Notes under the pieces: model-generated
What the model was told of the DNA's origin: nothing
What the model saw: only the letters and a program-made list of their open reading frames with translations
The model's database searches: none
Translations under genes and position numbers: made by a program
Source: Minisyncoccota bacterium
GTDB lineage: Bacteria > Patescibacteriota > Microgenomatia > UBA1400 > PJMF01
Length of the DNA stretch: 53,065 nt
Assembly: GCA_029881675.1 (NCBI GenBank)
Contig: JAOUMD010000004.1
Coordinates: forward strand, 1-53,065
Reading direction: 5' to 3'
In this document: positions 45,701-53,065 of the stretch, in pieces
Layout of the letters: the number at the start of each line of letters is the position of its first letter
Position numbering within the stretch: the stretch's first letter is position 1

Positions 45701-45806
45701 TGGGCCTCTCTCTTTTCCCACTAGATAGAGTACCAGTTTCAGTTGTATTACTTACTTCAGGTTTATCTACTGGTTCTGATTGAAGAGGCTGCTTATCAAT
45801 AGCCAT
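42753..45806 (-). CDS. Divergent choline/carnitine O-acyltransferase-like protein (1017 aa)
   Basis: LPIP (about aa 144), WW (403-404), IVVHKGNKF (about 501), HGSG...LFVGEDG...HSWTDG (His642) in family order. Confidence 0.6.
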   Translation of the reverse strand: MAIDKQPLQSEPVDKPEVSNTTETGTLSSGKRERPNDQPNDQSDKPKKVSYDKAQKRFKKEQDKKIQREQNDPQYQKSKERFQKEKEILSDIEKQTDEKDRIYLTNEYWHIINFSNRERLSIPAHIEAVRGTFTGKTEKAILSLPIPEIEEIGTELPEPPTYQALEKIHYQKIGKVKEIFDQRSQLIRVHLVDEILGAYAENAIKLSADEKTGKIPDIEKLFKVLLNSEDQDDFFQNITKLVNAITINDKNGNEVLTRVIETHRSTFETNQELTQFKVKRLDKEFVLQVNQISKDVEPKAHSEFLKGLQDALDHFRQSDNPADKPIVALLEQFKEQTQAVPGEEIIKAVRKMYILTTFDKESAGATYKSSFTLTRGLVLGIIKNYWERSGENIVKFQDNLKKWWIHHVNRPTVNENGEVNQEVKNKMINSEKGSYYSRFSLSKDKLDHLRNIDQVQAIAIMARQQLLSTLQNEGRNNALDIMDGWTHTDMPLQQQYSIVVHKGNKFKKLIFTKEELHGKDIDQNKEEELTDKISPFIESFTRQFDQDEGWFPFEPDDELKNKALSGETTIQEAQKRKFIEDDPSSADTSLVLLKDDDSISHDDVIQRGMQSWTHGSGIKFSLTLFVGEDGKLTGEGAQKGSHSWTDGRVSSLKLEHMLEESDTLYQLMDDPDPKTGSLDVTQLNNGENLINEEQEAKLRTIEISREKYQKRVQKLYEFFKSQDEEGKFNFDINALISASILHTLNNLWQMTPRKGALNNIQFLEKADFSEAGMKIGESLTPVPLQYNDKMQKETRDFIDILNKSENKGKTIEEIAQLEDIPLHEAKRKLQKVVLSFAFFDKERQVVRSGDSGIIAVMSEMAGDYRNILTKISSITSKELTDMATGTVLLSSLVPAIPRLDPEKKPDDNESDFMKKARKKAKKDSGINITSFSTAMDEVYDYFGFVIAASSHGQEENEKISIVLRQMDDVVSEGLANINGDDADNIINFEDLVEENMDRVLTMLEKYQELHELQEQAA

Positions 45807-45820
45807 CTATCCTATTGTAG

Positions 45821-47983
45821 TTAAAAACCTAGTCTACCTTCAAGGGTAGCTACCTTATCTGAGATGACTTTATCATCAGGGAAATAAGTTAAGATTTGTT
45901 TATATTGCTCAAGAGCTAAGTTTGGTTGGTTGTCTTTTAGGTATACCTCTGCCAAGTGATTGAGAGCAGTTCCATAATTAGCTTTCATTTCAGTTGCTCT
46001 AACAAAGTTATTAAAAGAGCTATCACTATCTCCTAAAGCTTCTTGAATTAAGGCTAAGTTAAAAACAAGTTTGGCATCAGTTGGGGCTAGTTCTAAAGCT
46101 TCTTGGGTAGTTTTTTTAGCTTGAACAAGAAGTTGCTGGTCTAATAACCCCAAGTTCATAAAGAGCCTAATTCTTGTTTTATACAAGTTAAGATGAACAG
46201 AGTTTAGCTCATTGGCTGTATTACTCATCATAATGGCAGATTGGGCTGCACTTTGTGCTTCTGGGAGTTTCTCTTGCTGAGCAAAGATTAATGCAGCTTG
46301 GCCTAATGTAGTAGAAAATTTATCATAGAAGAGGTCTTCATTGGGTCGAAGTTCAATCGCTTTTTGTAAGAATGGACCACCTTCTGAGATATAACCAGCA
46401 TCTACAAGTCTTTTACCTTTTGTAAAAATATAGTCAGCATTCCAAATATTAAAGATTTGGGATAATAGAAATATTGCTATCAAAATTACAGAGACAATCC
46501 AAGTATAGTCCCAAAACTCTAAGTTAATTTTTATGTTTTTTGTTTGAGTAGTTTCTGCTCTGGTGATGACTTCAAAGAAGGCAAAAAAGATAAACATTAA
46601 GACTGACACCATCACAGTGGAGAAGCCAAGGAAGTTAGAGATAGATAAGGCTAGAAGTCCTGAGACAAGTCCTAAGATTACTATCTTATTTGAAGCCTCT
46701 TTGTGTTTTTCATCTTTCTTAAGGAAGTAGACTAGTGCTTTATATCCAAACAGACCAAACATAGAAAGGTAGGCAGCTAGACCAAAGATTCCAGTAGTAG
46801 CAAGGAAGTTTAATAATTCATTGTGAGCTTTGTTATAAAGGAAATCCCATTCAGAAACTAAGTTGTGTCTCATTGGTCTATCTGTGTAATAACTGTAAGC
46901 AAAAGTCTCAACTCCAGAGCCAAAGAGAGGATATCTTTTCCAGACTTTAAAAGCACCTTCCCAAACAATCCACCTAATTTCACCAGAATCAGTTCCTCCA
47001 AGATCTAAGCGGTTAGCAACAGGTTGGTTAGTTGGTTGTTCAATTTGTTGATCACTTTTGGAAAAGAGTTTCTTAATGGAAGGGGTGTATGGAGTTCCAA
47101 AATAGCTAATTATTAGTAGCAGGGGAATAGCAATTATGACTATTTTTTTAAGAGGGAATAGAGTCTGTTTTCTTTTAAAATCTTTTCTATATAAAAGGAT
47201 AAGGCCAATAACATAAACAAGCAAGCCAACCCCAAGCCCTAAGAATCCAGAACGGGACTGGGTGAAAGTCACAACTGCTAATAACATTACAACTGCAATA
47301 GCAGAGATACTTGCTAGATGCTTATTTACAGATTTTTTAGCCTGGGAAAATTTGTTACTAATGAACAATGATATCCCAAGAGGAATGAGCATTACTGCGT
47401 ATGCAGCAAGCCAGTTTGGCTGACCAAAGGTGCCAAAGATTCTGTCCTGGACCTTTTGTTGCCAGCAATCAACATCAAAACTTCCAGAAATCATCATACA
47501 ACTTGGAGAATGACCAAAGTGTTCAGGGATCGCATAACTACTGACTCCAATTGCTGAAATAAATATAGTTAAAAGGAAATATTTGAGTTGTTTTTTGTCA
47601 AAGTTATTTACAAAAGAGTAGTACAGAGCAATATATGAGAATGTGGAAAGAAGTCCTCCATGGAAACGAGTGTAGTATCCAAATAGTGAAGTTCTAGGGT
47701 GGATAGAAAATATAGTGGCAAGGATTTGAGAGAGTAAGAAAAGTCCGAGTGGAATGTCTAAATAGGTTCTTTTAAATAGAACCTTTTTGTTAATTAGCAT
47801 TCTGATGATCCATGTGGCAGTGATTAGAGTAGCAAAGCCATAGACAAGAATCATCTTATTAAATTCAAATAATTCTTCGTTAACCCAAGTAAAGAAAAAA
47901 GGTACAACTAGAATCATTAAGTGAAAGAGGAAAGCAATAATTTTTTGCGAGTAATCTGTGATGATCGAGTTTTTTTTCTTCAT
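45821..47983 (-). CDS. O-antigen ligase/O-oligosaccharyltransferase-like membrane protein with C-terminal TPRs
   Basis: GTFGQPNW, TQSRSG, R.IVW, PLFGSG.ETF, KAHNE.L, TPR helices; likely start ATG47983 (MKKKNS). Confidence 0.88.
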   Translation of the reverse strand: MKKKNSIITDYSQKIIAFLFHLMILVVPFFFTWVNEELFEFNKMILVYGFATLITATWIIRMLINKKVLFKRTYLDIPLGLFLLSQILATIFSIHPRTSLFGYYTRFHGGLLSTFSYIALYYSFVNNFDKKQLKYFLLTIFISAIGVSSYAIPEHFGHSPSCMMISGSFDVDCWQQKVQDRIFGTFGQPNWLAAYAVMLIPLGISLFISNKFSQAKKSVNKHLASISAIAVVMLLAVVTFTQSRSGFLGLGVGLLVYVIGLILLYRKDFKRKQTLFPLKKIVIIAIPLLLIISYFGTPYTPSIKKLFSKSDQQIEQPTNQPVANRLDLGGTDSGEIRWIVWEGAFKVWKRYPLFGSGVETFAYSYYTDRPMRHNLVSEWDFLYNKAHNELLNFLATTGIFGLAAYLSMFGLFGYKALVYFLKKDEKHKEASNKIVILGLVSGLLALSISNFLGFSTVMVSVLMFIFFAFFEVITRAETTQTKNIKINLEFWDYTWIVSVILIAIFLLSQIFNIWNADYIFTKGKRLVDAGYISEGGPFLQKAIELRPNEDLFYDKFSTTLGQAALIFAQQEKLPEAQSAAQSAIMMSNTANELNSVHLNLYKTRIRLFMNLGLLDQQLLVQAKKTTQEALELAPTDAKLVFNLALIQEALGDSDSSFNNFVRATEMKANYGTALNHLAEVYLKDNQPNLALEQYKQILTYFPDDKVISDKVATLEGRLGF

Positions 47984-48063
47984 GAATGTTGTTAAGTATA
48001 TCGTAAAAAAAAACATTGTTGTATACTGAGTGAAGATATAATTAAGATATTATTATTTATCCT

Positions 48064-48813
48064 ATGCAAGATAATAACCTGCCCCAAAATAACTCAAGTA
48101 GCCCTTCATATGTTGATGACTATCAACCTCCACAACCTGCGGCACCTCCTAGCGATGACTATCAGCCATTTAGTGTTCCGGCAGCCCCAAATGTAACTCA
48201 AGATGACGGATTAGCAAGGGATGAGCCTGTCATACCAGTAAACGAAACAGGATCTTCTGATGTGGATGCAGATTTACCTCCGGTTCCAGAATCACCAGAA
48301 GTTAATAATGAAAGCAGTGAAGTAGATAATGAAGATATACAATCAGAGGATAGTCCTGTCGTTGATAATTCGCCACTCCCTAACAATCAAACATTAGAAA
48401 CTCAAAACATCTTTGATCTTCTTGGTGTAAGTGATGGTAAAGATGATGAAAAGGAAGCTTTCTTAGATGAATTACAGGAAGTTATCTGGGAAGACTTTAT
48501 TGAGAATGACACTCCTTTGCTTCTAAACGAAGAACAACAAAATAAGTTGAAAGAAATTGAATCAAAAGGTAATACTCCTGAAGTTCAAGAAGAAATGCTT
48601 GTATATCTCGAAGAGATATTACCTGATTTAGAAGACATGATGATGGATAAGGCTTTAGAACTTAAAGAAGACATGGTTCTTGAAAGAATTAGTGGAATGA
48701 AAGAATTCTATAATGATAATCAAGAAGCATTGGGTAAAATTGGCCAAGCAGAGGAACTTATCTCTCAAAATAAATGGGCTGATGCAGGAAATTTACTTAA
48801 CGAGATTAAGTAA
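48064..48813 (+). CDS. Acidic hypothetical protein (disordered N-terminal half, helical C-terminal domain, possibly DUF5663-like)
   Basis: Pro/Asp-rich N-terminus; IFDLLGV....EKEAFLDELQEVIW. Confidence 0.7.
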   Translation: MQDNNLPQNNSSSPSYVDDYQPPQPAAPPSDDYQPFSVPAAPNVTQDDGLARDEPVIPVNETGSSDVDADLPPVPESPEVNNESSEVDNEDIQSEDSPVVDNSPLPNNQTLETQNIFDLLGVSDGKDDEKEAFLDELQEVIWEDFIENDTPLLLNEEQQNKLKEIESKGNTPEVQEEMLVYLEEILPDLEDMMMDKALELKEDMVLERISGMKEFYNDNQEALGKIGQAEELISQNKWADAGNLLNEIK

Positions 48814-48854
48814 CCTTGTTTTCCATTCTATATTAGTGTGATATTCTCATTACT

Positions 48855-49775
48855 GTGAAGAGAGTCAGTAATTTAATTTCTAGTTTTTCAGATAAGTTTA
48901 TAAAAAAACAAGGTGATTTATTATTGGATTTTGGTAGTGGTAACGCACGTTTCTATTTAGACGGTAAGCTAATTAAAACTGAATCTTCTAGTTTTTCTAA
49001 TGTTCATAACAACGATTTTGAAAAAATGCGCCTAGTAGAAAGAGGGACAATCTCAAGTTTTGAGTATGCTTCTAGTTTTTTGAATCAAAATCTAACTTCA
49101 TTGATAAATAGAAAAAAACTTTGGCCTAGGTTTACTGGCTTTTATCTTGCTCCAAGTGATTCAACCCAAGTAGAGCAAATCATTATAAAAAAGGTTTTAG
49201 ACTCTCTAAAATATGGAAATTGGCAGATAGTTACAAAAAAGAATGTTGTAAATACTTCTTATGGAGGAGTAATTGATATCGGATTTGATTTGACTGAAGT
49301 TATTTTGGGTGTTGGTACCGGTAATATAGTTGCAAAGACTATTAAATCTGGATCAAGATCATTTACAAAGATTATCAGAAAAGTAGTTAGAGATAAATAT
49401 CAACTTGATGTTAGTTGGGCTGGAGCAGATAAAATTAAAAAGGAACTAGTGGGAGATGATTTTTTACTTTCCACTCAACCAATTAAACAGAAAATAACTG
49501 TCAGAGGTAAAGATGTTTATACATTTGTTCCAAAGACAATTGTGATTGAGGCAAGTGTCTTACAAAATCCGTTATTAGAAAAGGTCGAAGAACTATTTGA
49601 TGAAATAAAACTATTTTTTTCTAAAATCTCAACCAATACTTTGATGAACAGTATCGAGAAAGGCATTGACTTATGGGGTGATGGATCAAAGATGGCAAGT
49701 CTTGATAACTTCTTTTCTCAAAAACTTCAAACAACGGTAAAAAAGGGACAAGCTTCATATGAGGTACATCAATAA
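48855..49775 (+). CDS. mreB: Strongly degenerate MreB paralog heading the mre operon
   Basis: LLDFGS, LVERGTI, STQVE, VIDIG, VRGKD; directly upstream of mreC. Confidence 0.75.
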   Translation: MKRVSNLISSFSDKFIKKQGDLLLDFGSGNARFYLDGKLIKTESSSFSNVHNNDFEKMRLVERGTISSFEYASSFLNQNLTSLINRKKLWPRFTGFYLAPSDSTQVEQIIIKKVLDSLKYGNWQIVTKKNVVNTSYGGVIDIGFDLTEVILGVGTGNIVAKTIKSGSRSFTKIIRKVVRDKYQLDVSWAGADKIKKELVGDDFLLSTQPIKQKITVRGKDVYTFVPKTIVIEASVLQNPLLEKVEELFDEIKLFFSKISTNTLMNSIEKGIDLWGDGSKMASLDNFFSQKLQTTVKKGQASYEVHQ

Positions 49776-50532
49776 TAAGATAAATTATTTTCCTTTTAGT
49801 ATTTTAATAATTGTAGTGCTAATTGTCTTTGAAGTATTTGGTTTGGCTGGAGTTATTACTAGTTTTTTTAGTTCTTTGACAAAGCCTCTTCAAGTTATTT
49901 CAAATAATCTAGTTGATAAGATCGAAGCACCATTTATCTTGATTAAAAAATCCATAAATTCTGCAAAAAAAGTACAAATGATGGAGTACCGTTATAGTGA
50001 AGTTTTAGCACAACTAAGTGATATTGATGAGCTCAGAGATGAGAATAGAGAATTAAGAAAGTTACTTGAAAATTCTGATAGACAAGCAAGAACTGTTATA
50101 ATTTCTGCCCCAGTTGTTTCTCATGTCGGACCAAGTATTGGAGCAGGTTCTAATGAAGGGGTAGAGGTCGGTGATTTGATTTTTGTAGCTCAAACTTTAG
50201 TTGGTAGAGTGAGTGAAGTGAATGATTCATATTCCAGAGTTAATTTAGCATATCAAAAAGATTTTGAACCATTGGTCGTTCTTACAAAAGAAGGTTATAA
50301 GGGAATAGTCAAAGGTGATGGGAAAAGAGTGATTCTAACAGAAGTGTTACCGGAAGAGATGCCAGCTTTAGAAAGTAGAATTGTTACAGTAGGTCAAGTG
50401 GGAGTAGATCAAGGATTATTTGTTGGGCAGGTTGGTAAGACTTTATCATTGAGTTCAGACCCTATCCAAACTTTTCTTGTTACTCAGTATGTTGATTTTT
50501 ATCAAGCCAATGTAGTGGAGATATATAAGTGA
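49759..50532 (+). CDS. mreC: Rod shape-determining protein MreC
   Basis: TM, LRDENRELRKLL coiled coil, GSNEGV, LVGRV, GLFVG. Confidence 0.9.
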   Translation: MRYINNKINYFPFSILIIVVLIVFEVFGLAGVITSFFSSLTKPLQVISNNLVDKIEAPFILIKKSINSAKKVQMMEYRYSEVLAQLSDIDELRDENRELRKLLENSDRQARTVIISAPVVSHVGPSIGAGSNEGVEVGDLIFVAQTLVGRVSEVNDSYSRVNLAYQKDFEPLVVLTKEGYKGIVKGDGKRVILTEVLPEEMPALESRIVTVGQVGVDQGLFVGQVGKTLSLSSDPIQTFLVTQYVDFYQANVVEIYK

Positions 50533-50948
50533 GAGATTTAATCATAAAAACTATCATAATATTCATGATTGCAGTATTTGAAAGTACTGTAGGTTTGCCA
50601 GTATTAACCTTTATTTTATTTTTAGTTTGGATGGTAAAAAAACCACAAATATTTTTAATTTGGTTGACAACTATTTCATTAATAATTAGTGTTTTGTGGG
50701 GAATGGCATGGTGGTTAGCTTGTTTATTTTTAATTTTTCTTAGAGTGGTGTACCAATACTTTGGTAAGTCTGTGTCAAATAAATTCCTTAAATTATTACT
50801 GGTGGTATTCCCAGTAGGATTACTTTTTGCTTTATTTTTGGGAATTGATTTTTACTGGAGAATTGTTTTATACGCAGTGCTTAGTTTTTTAGTATTATTT
50901 GTTTTACAAAAGTTCTTGTTGGTCAGTTATGAAAATAAATATTTATGA
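50529..50948 (+). CDS. MreD-like membrane protein
   Basis: Fully hydrophobic 139-aa ORF coupled between mreC and PBP2; assignment is positional. Confidence 0.6.
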   Translation: MRDLIIKTIIIFMIAVFESTVGLPVLTFILFLVWMVKKPQIFLIWLTTISLIISVLWGMAWWLACLFLIFLRVVYQYFGKSVSNKFLKLLLVVFPVGLLFALFLGIDFYWRIVLYAVLSFLVLFVLQKFLLVSYENKYL

Positions 50949-52660
50949 AGGTAAATTTTAGATTTATTTTATTTTTATCTTTTATCATAAGTTTCTTTTT
51001 TTTAATTATTTTAAGGTTGGCTGATATTCAAGTATTTCAGGGAGAATTTTATAAAGGATTAGCAGAAGATAATCGATTTTATTCTTTGCCTATTAAATCT
51101 CAAAGAGGTGTGGTTTTTGATCGGTATGGCGAACCACTAGTCAGTAATATTGTTCAGTATGGATTAATTAATGATCCTAAGTCTTTATATTCTGATTTAA
51201 GAATTATTGACCGAGAAGAAGCCCTCTTTCAGCTTGCTACAAATAGTGCTTTGGTTGTAAAAGATAATAGCAGATATTATTCATACCCATCTCTTTCACA
51301 TTTGTTGGGATATGTCGGAGAAGTTACTGCAGAAGAAATGAGAGATAGAAGTGATTTAAAACCTCATGATAAGTTAGGAAAACTTGGAATTGAGAAGTTT
51401 TTTGATCAAGACCTTAGGGGTGTTGATGGTAAAGAAGTTTTTGAAATCAGTGCCAACTCTAAAAAACAAAGAAGTATTAATATAAGTGAATCTACACCAG
51501 GAAAAGATATTAAGACAACTATTGATCCTGAGTTAAATAAATTTTCATATGAGGCTCTTGGAGAACAAAAGGGAATTGTTATTATTTCAAATCCAGTAAA
51601 TGGTGAGATATTATCTTTAGTGACAAAACCAAGTTTTGATGCAAACTTATTTTCTAAAATTCTAACTGATGAAAAAAAAGATAGAGATAGAAAAGAATTG
51701 GTCGCAGAGTTGTTTGAGGACGAAGACCAACCATTTTTTAATCGGGCTATTGCAGGAGCATATCCGCCAGGAAGTGTATTTAAGTTAGTTACTGCTCTAG
51801 CAGGATTGGAGGAGGGGGAGATTGATCAAAACACGACAGTTTTAGATGAAGGATCGATAAAAGTTGGTGAAGCAGAGTTTCGGTCTTGGTTCTATTGGAA
51901 TTATGGTAAAACAGAAGGATTGGTTGATTTAAAGAAAGCTATTTCAAGAAGTAATGATATTTATTTTTACAAAGTAGCAGAATGGATTGGTGTAGATAAT
52001 CTGGCAAAGATGGCAAAGATATTTGGGTTTGGAGAGTATACACAGTTAGAAATTGGACCAGAAGCAAAGGGATTAGTTCCAACCCCAGAATGGAAAGAAC
52101 AGGTTATAGGAGAAAAGTGGTATCTTGGTAATACCTACCATATGGGGATTGGTCAGGGAGATGTTTTGGCCTCACCTCTACAAGTAAATGGTTTGATTGC
52201 TTCAATTGCCAATGAAGGAGTTTGGTGTCAGCCAAGGTTGGTTGAAGATACCCAAGTAAATTGTAGAGGATTAGGAATTAAATCAGAGAATTTAAATTTA
52301 GTTTTATCTGGAATGATTGATGCCTGTTCTAGCGGGGGAACTGCCTTTCCATTTTTTGAAAGAAATAGTGCTATCGTTAGTGAAAATCAAAGCAATGGCT
52401 CTACTGATTTAATCAATAAAGGAGCAGTAGCATGTAAGACAGGGACTGCAGAATTTGGCGCAGCTAATGAGAAAGGCTTTCGACCTACCCATGGATGGTT
52501 GGTAGCATACCTAAAACCAAAATTTAATAAAGAAAATTTCCCAAGTAAAATCGTAATTACTGTTTTAGTTGAGAGTGATGAAGTAGATAGTTCAAAAGAA
52601 GGATCTTACGATGCTGCTCCAGTTGCTAAAGAAATTATTGATTATATTGAAAGTAGATAG
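50945..52660 (+). CDS. mrdA: Class B penicillin-binding protein 2
   Basis: RG...DR.G, GK.GIE, PPGSVFK (SxxK), SND, KTGTAE. Confidence 0.93.
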   Translation: MKVNFRFILFLSFIISFFFLIILRLADIQVFQGEFYKGLAEDNRFYSLPIKSQRGVVFDRYGEPLVSNIVQYGLINDPKSLYSDLRIIDREEALFQLATNSALVVKDNSRYYSYPSLSHLLGYVGEVTAEEMRDRSDLKPHDKLGKLGIEKFFDQDLRGVDGKEVFEISANSKKQRSINISESTPGKDIKTTIDPELNKFSYEALGEQKGIVIISNPVNGEILSLVTKPSFDANLFSKILTDEKKDRDRKELVAELFEDEDQPFFNRAIAGAYPPGSVFKLVTALAGLEEGEIDQNTTVLDEGSIKVGEAEFRSWFYWNYGKTEGLVDLKKAISRSNDIYFYKVAEWIGVDNLAKMAKIFGFGEYTQLEIGPEAKGLVPTPEWKEQVIGEKWYLGNTYHMGIGQGDVLASPLQVNGLIASIANEGVWCQPRLVEDTQVNCRGLGIKSENLNLVLSGMIDACSSGGTAFPFFERNSAIVSENQSNGSTDLINKGAVACKTGTAEFGAANEKGFRPTHGWLVAYLKPKFNKENFPSKIVITVLVESDEVDSSKEGSYDAAPVAKEIIDYIESR

Positions 52661-52687
52661 AGCAATAATTAAAGATACAATATTGTT

Positions 52688-53065
52688 ATGAAAGATAAAG
52701 GAAAAAATAAGAATAAAATTTCTTTGATTGTCACCATTTTTAATGAATCTCAAAACATTGAGGTTCTTCTTAGTAGCATGATGATGCAATCAAGAAAACC
52801 TAATGAGGTGGTGATAGTAGACGGAGGTTCAAAAGATAATACTATTGAACTAATTAGAGAATATTTACAAATAGGTAATCTAAGTAAGATAAAAGAGATT
52901 AAGTATGGCTTTGAAATTAATAATTTAGGAATAGATTTTAAAATACTAAAGAAAAAAGGTAATAGGAGTGTGGGTAGGAATTTTGCGATTAAGAATGCAT
53001 CTCATGATTTGATAGCTATTACTGATGCAGGATGCATATTGGATAGTCGTTGGCTAAGTGAATTA
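52688..53065 (+). CDS. GT2-family glycosyltransferase (partial, runs off the window)
   Basis: MKDKGKNKNKISLIVTIFNE...VVIVDGGSKDNT...GRNFAI...TDAG. Confidence 0.85.
   Translation, partial: MKDKGKNKNKISLIVTIFNESQNIEVLLSSMMMQSRKPNEVVIVDGGSKDNTIELIREYLQIGNLSKIKEIKYGFEINNLGIDFKILKKKGNRSVGRNFAIKNASHDLIAITDAGCILDSRWLSEL

Noticed and set aside
1058-52789. Numerous 60-155 aa ORFs nested in or antisense to longer genes (e.g. 5689-6072, 8360-8638, 13549-13848, 29236-29700, 32288-32602, 52592-52789)
   Set aside because: Overlap well-supported genes and show no motifs or start signals
1-53065. Alternative genetic code (TGA = Gly) as in Gracilibacteria/Absconditabacteria
   Set aside because: Core genes are intact under code 11 and TGA serves as a stop, e.g. 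at 10208-10210, 50530-50532 and 50946-50948

Overview
AT-rich chromosomal segment read with standard code 11 (several genes end in TGA, and tRNA-Trp has the CCA anticodon). Gene content and style point to a Patescibacteria/CPR genome, most likely Microgenomates; this is an inference from the PEGA/beta-propeller gene, stand-alone excisionase-type HTH, cohesin/dockerin surface proteins, MurL-MurD and TGS-less ThrRS. Housekeeping genes include secE-nusG, rplKA, rplJL, rpmG, rpmB, thrS, def-fmt, mreB-mreC-(mreD)-PBP2, murL-murD and six tRNAs. They are interleaved with many small, self-contained accessory genes. No CRISPR array, transposase or integrase is visible. Main observations: (1) a translationally coupled pair encoding a very divergent choline/carnitine O-acyltransferase-like protein (1017 aa) and a UbiE/MenG-like SAM methyltransferase (529 aa); (2) an unannotated Thr6 leader-peptide attenuator upstream of thrS; (3) a second leader-ORF/antiterminator/terminator unit just upstream, in front of a 56-aa protein; (4) a cohesin-like scaffold gene next to two dockerin proteins, with shuffled Cys-rich modules; (5) a 152-nt 6S-RNA-like hairpin; (6) pervasive leaderless gene starts; (7) two MreB paralogs, both with degenerate ATPase motifs. 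All family assignments come from motif recognition by eye; no searches were run.
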